This document shows positions 54,414-64,000 of a stretch of 64,000 nt of DNA, piece after piece (position 1 is the stretch's first letter; every line of letters starts with the position of its first letter). The position numbers and the translations under genes were made by a program. Below the pieces are notes generated by a model that saw only the letters and a program-made list of their open reading frames with translations, searched no databases and had not been told where the DNA came from. Source of the stretch: Octopus vulgaris (lineage: Eukaryota); NCBI GenBank assembly GCA_951406725.2, contig OX597833.1:2232001-2296000 (forward strand). Reading direction: 5' to 3'.

Positions 54414-55215
54414 CTATATATATGTGTGTGTGCTTGTGTCTGTATGTATGTGTGTGTCTTTGTGAGTGTGTGTGTGTGTGTTTGTGAACGTCTGTGTGCA
54501 TGTGCATGTATGTGTGCGTGCATGTTCGCATCTGGCGGTGGAGCTGATGGTGTCGGTGGTAGCTTTGGCAGTGGCAATTGTGATGAAAGAAGTGAAGATG
54601 ATCGTGTTTTGCGGATAGTGCTTGGGATGGCGGCGGCGGCGGCGGCGGCGGCGCAGCGGGTGTTAATCAACGTGTTAGCATATGCGATAGTGATGGTGAT
54701 GATGATGGTGACAGAGGTGGTGGTGCTGTCGAGGTGGTGGTGGTGGTGGTGTTTGCGAAACTGCTGGTAGTGATGTTGTCGATGATGCTGATGTTGATGG
54801 TGGTGATGTTGATGTCTGTGATAATGGTCGTGGTGGCGCAGAGGCTGATGATGTATGCTGAGAGCTCATCGTGTGACAAGGAGTTCTGCAAATGGCGTTA
54901 TGAGTATTGCCTCGAGTGTCAGATCGATAATTTTATATCAATCGCTCCTCTAATTTAATTAATCAAACAGGGATAATCAAAAGAAATATGGCCGCACGGA
55001 GACATACAGACAACACTTTTCTTAAGATCATCCTACACAGTTAAAAAAAAATGTGGGTTCTCCGTCGGTTGTCACGGTGAGAATTCATTGGTCCCAAACT
55101 CTGAGCTATTTGTGAAATTTAAGTAAAGCCCATAAAATAATAGCGATACAATAAAATGAATAAGAAAACCTCCGTCACTTTCGACGATGAGCATTGAGTT
55201 GTTCGACTGATGATG

Positions 55216-55420
55216 CAGTAATCCCTCGACTACCGCAGGTGTTACGTTTTAAAACCTCCCACAGAAATAATTAAAATCTAAAAATTATAAGTACCTATCG
55301 GTCGAAGAAGCCCGTGATATACTGAGGAGTCCGCGATGTAAGTTTACATATATTAACCAGAAAAATCTGCGATGTGCTGAGTGTGTGATAGGTGAACTAC
55401 GATTTGGCGAGATATTAGTG
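55216..55420. mobile_element. pogo/Tigger-like MITE, diverged
   Basis: Left end CAGTAATCCCTCG...TTACGTT; right end CGAGATATTAGTG is an imperfect inverse, preceded by GCGAT-like subterminal motifs. Confidence 0.5.
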
Positions 55421-55977
55421 CATATATTTATTGAATTAGCGTGTATGTCACTGAATATTCTGAAGGTACGTAAGGTAATTTTGTAATCTGCTGACAAAAA
55501 TCAGCGTGATATGTTACGAAACAATGGTGTATATGTAACTTAGCGATACAGTCAATTCCGCCAGTTACTGTATAGTTATCATCGATCCATATTTACTTAC
55601 AAGGCTTGGATCGAACCGAAGAAATAATAAAGTATATTTGTCCAGTGTTCCAAGCTGTAGCACCGATCGCGAAACGTCGTGATTGTGAAGCAAATAGCTT
55701 ATTCTTTTGGCCATGATGCGTCCATGAGTTGTAAGTGCTGGTCACATTCTGTTACACATCATAGTAGTCACATCGTGCCGCGAATCGGTGTAACACCACG
55801 TGATAGGTCGGGACCTTTGTATTGCTGTTTATAATCTAGTGTGAAGGGAAAATCGAACAGAACCGGTACGTTATTTATTGACCCCGACGGAAAAGAAAAT
55901 CGATGTTGCTTTCGGTAGAATTTGAACTCATGCCGCAAGCCATACTAACGAATGTTCTGACAATTCTACTAATTTTG

Positions 55978-56054
55978 ACAAGCAGCTTGCTTCCCATCCA
56001 CGTAGTTCCGGGTTCAGTCCCACTGCATAGCACCTTGGGCATATACATGCATAC

Positions 56055-56118
<64 letters not shown>

Positions 56119-56290
56119 CTATGCACTATGTCTCCATTCTGGAAACGTCCAAAGCCTACACTCTAGATAGTAACTTTACTTCCACATTTCCCAACCACAT
56201 GGTTCCGGGTTCAGTCCCACTGCGTGGCACCTTGGGCAATTGTCTTCTACTATAGCCTCGGGCCGACCAAAGCCTTGTGAGTCGATTTGA

Positions 56291-56292
<2 letters not shown>
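55978..56292 (+). mobile_element. Two SINE family A head fragments (55978-56040, 56188-56292)
   Basis: GTTCCGGGTTCAGTCCCACTGC...CACCTTGGGCA in both. Confidence 0.8.
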
Positions 56293-56762
<470 letters not shown>

Positions 56763-57103
56763 AACGTAACGTAACGTAACAATCTCTGAAAATATATTCC
56801 GTTGACAATAGTTTATTTCAAATTGCAATTTAATCAAATATTATTTGCATTGATCGATTTATCGATTTTTAAATTCATTTAAATTCCATTTTGTCGTTAG
56901 AGAGAAAAGTCGAGTGTAATTAAATTCGATGTTAATTGCTTTTATGATCGCACATAATTTTCAATTGATCTGCTTTCCAGTGTCTGCAACGCAATCGTTC
57001 TAGAAATGTCTTTTGTTTCACGTACTTCGGGATTGTTTAGTAATTGAAAATGTTCACTTAAAACCAAATACACACACGCGTGTATATATACATACATGCA
57101 CGC

Positions 57104-57146
<43 letters not shown>

Positions 57147-57405
57147 TATGTATGTATGTATGTATATGTATATGCGTGTTACATGCAATATATGTATGCA
57201 TACATCGACACACGTTCGTACGCATACACACGCTCACACACACACACACACACACACACGTAAATTAATTCATACGAACTTGAAGACAAACAAACGCATA
57301 GCAACGTCGAATATGAGAAAAGTGTAATAAATGAATGAATAAATAAATAAATAAATAAAATATCGGGTTGGTGTGTTTAGTTTTGCCTTCTGAAGGAGAA
57401 AGAGC

Positions 57406-57440
57406 GCCTAATATTTCGAGCACGTGCTCTTCTTCATGAA
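57406..57440 (-). ncRNA. Decayed hammerhead-like motif
   Basis: Minus strand ATGAAGAA-GAGCAcgTGCTC-GAAA-TAT; stem I is not intact. Confidence 0.35.
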
Positions 57441-57882
57441 TAAGAAGGGAGGTAATTAAATTAAAAAATAAAATAAAAACTGCAATTGCAATCTCCGTTT
57501 TTTTTGTTCTTTTTTTTACATAAGAGTTACAATCTAAATAATAATATGGATAGAAGGATCTTCGTCGGTTTTAACGATGGGTATTCAGTTGTTCGATCAC
57601 CCAATTTAGTTGCTCCTGAATAAATGTGAAAGTGGCCGAGTATTCCACGGAAAATTGTACCACTAATGTATTTTTAATGCAGTATAGCTTACGGGTGGGT
57701 ACATTCCACCCGACGGACTTGCACAGGGTTTCAATCCCACCCAGTTTCTTTCGCAATCTTCGACTTGACGCGAGGCTATAGAAAGCGATATTTGCCGAGA
57801 GTGGAGCGCAGTGGGATCAAATCCAGGAGCAGGTGGTTGTGAAATGGGCTTCTTAAATATCCGACCACACGTACTTTTGTTT

Positions 57883-57975
<93 letters not shown>

Positions 57976-58162
57976 TGTTTGTCTGTCTGTCTTTGCATGC
58001 ATGTCTGTGTAGTTTGGTTTTTCCATGCGGAAACCTTGGCTTTTGAGTCAGATTCGTAACTATTTTACCGATAGATAAAACTTTTGTACTAAGTGTTTTC
58101 AAATCTATTCTGCACGTACCACCAGACTTTGTAGCAATGACTTATATATATATATATATAAA

Positions 58163-58460
58163 GTGAGGGCGCGTGGCTTAGTGGTTAGGGCATTCGGCTC
58201 ATGATCGTAAGGTTGTGAGTTCGATTCCCGGCGACGCGTTGTGTCCTTGAGCAAGACACTTTATTTCACGTTGCTCCAGTTCACTCTGCTGGCAAAAATG
58301 AGTTGTACTTGTATTTCAAAGGGTCAGCCTTGTCACTCTCTGTGTCACGCTGATTATCCCCGATATGTCTGTATGCTCAGCCATTTGCACGTTAATTTCA
58401 CGAGCTAGCTGTCCCGTTGATCGTATCAGCTGGGACCCTCGTCGTCGTAACCGGCGGAGT

Positions 58461-58461
<1 letters not shown>
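58163..58461 (+). mobile_element. tRNA-derived SINE (head C + tail X)
   Basis: Box A TGGCTTAGTGG, box B GTTCGATTCC. Confidence 0.88.
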
Positions 58462-58503
<42 letters not shown>

Positions 58504-58512
58504 CACACACAC

Positions 58513-58586
<74 letters not shown>

Positions 58587-58923
58587 CTGTGTGGGTATGT
58601 GTGTATATATATATATATGTCTATGTGTATATATGTATATATATATATATATACATATATCTATATATATGTGCGTGTATATATGCATATATATATATAT
58701 ACATATATACACACACATATATATATATGTGTGCATATATAAATGTCTGTGTGTGTATGTGTAAATATGCATGTGTATATTTATATGTACATATATGTAT
58801 ATGTAAGTATATATATATGTATGTATATATATGTATATATGTATACATATATATCTATATATATCTATCTATATATATGTATATATACATATATATATAT
58901 GTGACTATATATATACATATGCA

Positions 58924-58978
<55 letters not shown>

Positions 58979-59643
58979 CATATATATATATATGCATATT
59001 TGTGTTTGTATAGAAGCATATGCGAGTGTTTGGACGTATGCTTATCATTGCCTATCATTATATTCATGTATATGTGCGTTTGATAATGAACGGTACACCT
59101 CTATCATTTATACAGAGAGACCGAGAGCGTGTTAGATGCACGTCGCGAAAACACCACCTCTTCCCTTACGCACACTCAGGCACACACAAACACACACACT
59201 ATACATACATATATATATATATATACATCGATGCGTAGCCTTCTCTTCAGACGTAATCTTCATGTTTAATTAAACTTGCGAGCGTTATGAATTCGTAGGT
59301 CAGACAGATCCTGTAATAAAATTGACAGCCATGTTATTTATCGGTGATATTTATCTTATTAAATTGTAATAAACCCGCAATTTTGTCTTCATTTCCTTCT
59401 TCATATTCTTGTAATCCATCTTCTTGTCACCATTTCCATGATTCTTACCGCTGTTGTTGTTGTGAATATTCCTCACTGTTATAGCTATCGTTGGTGGTGG
59501 TGGTGGTGGCGGTTGCGTCGTTCTTATTAACGTTACTATTATGGTATCGGCACGGTGGATATATATTTATATAGACGCATATCATTTTAACGGCTCTGCG
59601 CATGATTTACTGGAGCCGGGCGTGTCTGTTGAAGAGAAGTACC

Positions 59644-59749
<106 letters not shown>

Positions 59750-59967
59750 TGTTGTTGTTGTTGTAGTTGTTTTTGATGCGGATGGTGATGTAGATGCGTA
59801 TGCCATTTCAAATCCATCCCTTTTCTTCAAGGCATGATATATCTAGGAGTACAACAACCGAATGTGTCACGGTTAGGTGAAGATGGCGAAGATTTGGATA
59901 CTGTTTCTATCGAATCGAATAAGTGTATCACCTATTCTTTCAGGATGTAGACCAAGATGTAGCCCAC

Positions 59968-60076
59968 GGACATATGGCGTAGTGGTTAAGAACGCGGGCT
60001 ATTAACCACAAGATTCCGAGTTCGATTCCAAGGAATGACCAGAACAATAATAATAATAATAAAAATAATAATAATG

Positions 60077-60122
<46 letters not shown>

Positions 60123-60312
60123 TAATTACATCGAAAAATACCTTAGGAATGAGGACCCAGGTTCGAAATTTCCCCCAGACACCTGAAGAAGGCTGGAGGG
60201 TATATCAACCGAAATGTTGTGTTAACAACAAACAAGATGAGGACAAATATTCGCCGAATGTAAATAACGTAAATAAAGTAAATAATTACTCATCTCTTGA
60301 ATATAGAACTGT
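59968..60312 (+). mobile_element. tRNA-headed element with internal (AAT)n and a hammerhead motif
   Basis: Box A TGGCGTAGTGG (59975) and box B GAGTTCGATTCC (60018), then (AAT)n, then GACAC-CTGAAGAA-GGCTG...CAACC-GAAA-TG-TT-GTGTT at 60178-60223. Confidence 0.65.
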
Positions 60313-60707
60313 ATGTAGGCCATGTTGCCGCGCAGAACGACTGAATCCGGAAGCACGTGGGTAGCAAAGGACCTTCTTAACACACAGCCATGTCTGAGCC
60401 TATACACAGCCACATATATGAGTGCTTGTGCATGTGTGTGTGTGTGTGTGAGTGTAAGTGTTTGGGAGATGGGTGGGTGTGTGACCGCGCATGCGCGCTT
60501 CATTGTTCATAGACTATGTTTATACACACATGAACATGCAGGAACGCAATCACGCACACATGTATATACATTTCTGTAAATCTTGCATGCAAGTCAATGC
60601 ATGCGCGCGTGTTGGCTTGCATATATATGTGTATGTGTGTACTTATATATATCTATATGTGCATATATATATATATACACATGCATACGTACATATATAT
60701 ATATATG

Positions 60708-60804
<97 letters not shown>

Positions 60805-60859
60805 GTACATATGTACATGTATACATATGTATATGTATTTATGTATATATATATATATT

Positions 60860-60890
<31 letters not shown>

Positions 60891-60919
60891 CATGTATATA
60901 TATATATATATATATATAT

Positions 60920-60956
<37 letters not shown>

Positions 60957-61647
60957 GTGCATACAAAGAAATCAAAAGAGTGGTGAAGCGTGGGATGGGA
61001 AAAGAAAGCAAGAAAGGAAAAAAAGAAGAAAAGAAAGAACAGAACAAAGAAGAAAGACACGAAGCAAGAGAGAAACAGACAAAAGGAAAAAAACAAAATG
61101 GGAATGAAAAATAAAAACGAAGAAAATGTCGATGTCTCCTTCATCTTAGGTTTTCCTCCATATTTTCTCATAATATTATTTTTAAATAAGAAACTTTAGA
61201 AATCGAAAGAAATTTTGATGATAATAACCGTCATTTTCCAGAACGGGTACATTCCGACGTTTTTTTATTTTTCATGTCTTTTTCCATATTCTTTTATGTT
61301 GCACGGCGCTGCTTTAACATTATTTCCAAGAACACGAGAGAATGACAAGCTACGTGCTGCTACAAAGATTGGACTAATTGACCAAGCAGCCAATGGCAAT
61401 ATTCTAGTTTGTAACATGAAACAGACGCTAAAACACCGAAAATTACACAACCCAAAACTGAAATTTATTATGCCTCTGAGAATATCGATTTATTTTATTT
61501 TCTCTTATTTTATTTTATCATTTGTTTTTTTTTTATTTATTTAATTTATTCTTTGTGCATTTAGGTACTTATTTGTAACTTCTACTGAACGTGTAGTGTC
61601 TTTATCTTATATAATGTTTCTGAGGATGCGACGGTTTTATACTTCCA

Positions 61648-62520
61648 AGGCGGCGAGCTGGCAGAAACGCTAGCACGCCGGGCGAAATGCGTAGCCGTAT
61701 TTCGTCTGCCGTTACGTTCTGAGTTCAAATTCCACCGAGGTCGACTTTGCCTTTCATCCATTCGGGGTCGATTAAATAAGTACCAGTTACGTACTGGGGT
61801 CGATATAATCGAATTAATCCTTTTGTTTGTCCTTGTTTGACCCCTCTGTGTTTAGCCCTTTGTGGGTAGTAAAGAAATATATATTCTAAGGCGGCGAGCT
61901 GGCTGAAACATTAGCACGCCGGGCGAAATACTTAGCAGTATTTCGTCTGCCGCTACGTTCTGAGTTCAAATTCCGCCGAGGTCAACATTGCCATTCATCC
62001 TTTCGGGGTCGATAATTTAAGTACCAGTTACGCACTGGCGTCGATATAATCGACTTAATCCGTCTGTCTGTCCGTGTTAGTCTCCTCTGTGTTTAGACCC
62101 TTGTGGGTAGTAAAGAAATAGGTATTTCGTCTCTCTTTACGTTCTGAGTTCAAATTCCACTGAGGTTAACATTGCCTTTCGGGGTTGATTAAATAAGTAG
62201 CAGTTACGCACTGGGGTCTATGTAATCGACTTAATCCTTTTGTCTGCCCTTGTGTTTAGCCCCACCCCACCCCTAGCCAACAAAGGAAAAATATTTTTAT
62301 ACTTCCAAGCCGGCGAGCTGGCAGAATCGTTAGCACACCGGGCAAAATGCTTAGCGGTATTTCGTCTGTCTTTACGTTCTGAACTCAAATTCCGCTGAGG
62401 TCGACTTTGCCTTTCATCCTTTCGGGGTCGATAAATTAAGTACCAGCTGCGTACTGGGGTCGATCTAATCGACTGGCGCACTCCTCAAAAATTCCAGGCC
62501 TTGTGCCTGGAGGAGAAAAC
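61648..62520 (+). mobile_element. Cluster of four family B SINE units (61648-61879, 61889-62120, partial 62121-~62260, 62308-62520)
   Basis: Repeated GGCGAGCTGGC heads and cores. Target-site duplication AATATTTTTATACTTCCA at 62290 and 62521, with a partial copy at 61635. Confidence 0.92.
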
Positions 62521-62662
62521 AATATTTTTATACTTCCATTTATGTACTCATGTGTTACATCCATATCTTTTAATTCTTGTGAAATAAATCTTATATATAC
62601 TTATGCATTCATCTCTCTCTTACTCTCTCTTTCTCTTTCACTCTTTATTTATATATATGCGC

Positions 62663-62693
<31 letters not shown>

Positions 62694-63047
62694 GGTGGAT
62701 GAGTGGGTGGGTGGATGGGTGCATATGAAAGTCTGCATATTCCTATACTTTTTACTTAGCATTTTAATTCGTGTATCACATTCTCAGCACGTATTTCAGC
62801 AAGAACAGTTTCTCTTATTTGTCGACCGAAAACGTTATGTATAAGTGCGCCCGCGCGCGTGTGCTTGTTGTGTGTGTAAGTGTTCTGAACATTTTTATAG
62901 AGAGAAAAGTTATTTCTTCTCTTTTCTTATTACAGAATCGTTAACACATCGGAGACTATGTCATTCATTACATTTTATTCCTCACATTCAGGCTCTGAGT
63001 TCGAATTTCTATGGCATTTTTATTATTATTACTATTACTATTACTAA

Positions 63048-63988
<941 letters not shown>

Positions 63989-64000
63989 TATGTTTGACTT

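Noticed and set aside
54520-54890. Minus-strand Ser/Thr/Pro/His-rich frames after a TTTGCAG acceptor
   Set aside because: Trinucleotide low-complexity sequence that stops early in all frames, with no recognisable homology.

Overview
This is AT-rich, extremely microsatellite-dense eukaryotic DNA, intronic or intergenic in character. The SINE families and repeat density look like an octopod (Octopus-like) genome; that is an inference, not proven here. No host protein-coding gene can be supported, and nearly all ORF-track entries are translated simple repeats. Recognisable content: about 40 copies or fragments of several tRNA-derived SINE families, a decayed mariner transposon, 3' fragments of Tx1-, CR1-like and R4/Dong-like LINEs, a Helentron/DINE-1-like element end, two pogo/Tigger-like MITEs, a ~1 kb tandem duplication carrying a 34-bp degenerate array, and a 45-bp minisatellite. 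The main unexplained signal is about 18 type I hammerhead-ribozyme (HHR) motifs in at least 8 apparently unrelated sequence contexts, most lying between (TA)n or (CA)n tracts. Most have the palindromic stem III typical of Penelope-like-element (PLE)/retrozyme minimal HHRs. They include canonical cores, a U3-A8 covariant family, family-wide non-canonical cores, a ~355-nt partially tandem and inverted unit, and one HHR downstream of a tRNA-derived Pol III head. All folds were read by eye and no cleavage activity is shown.
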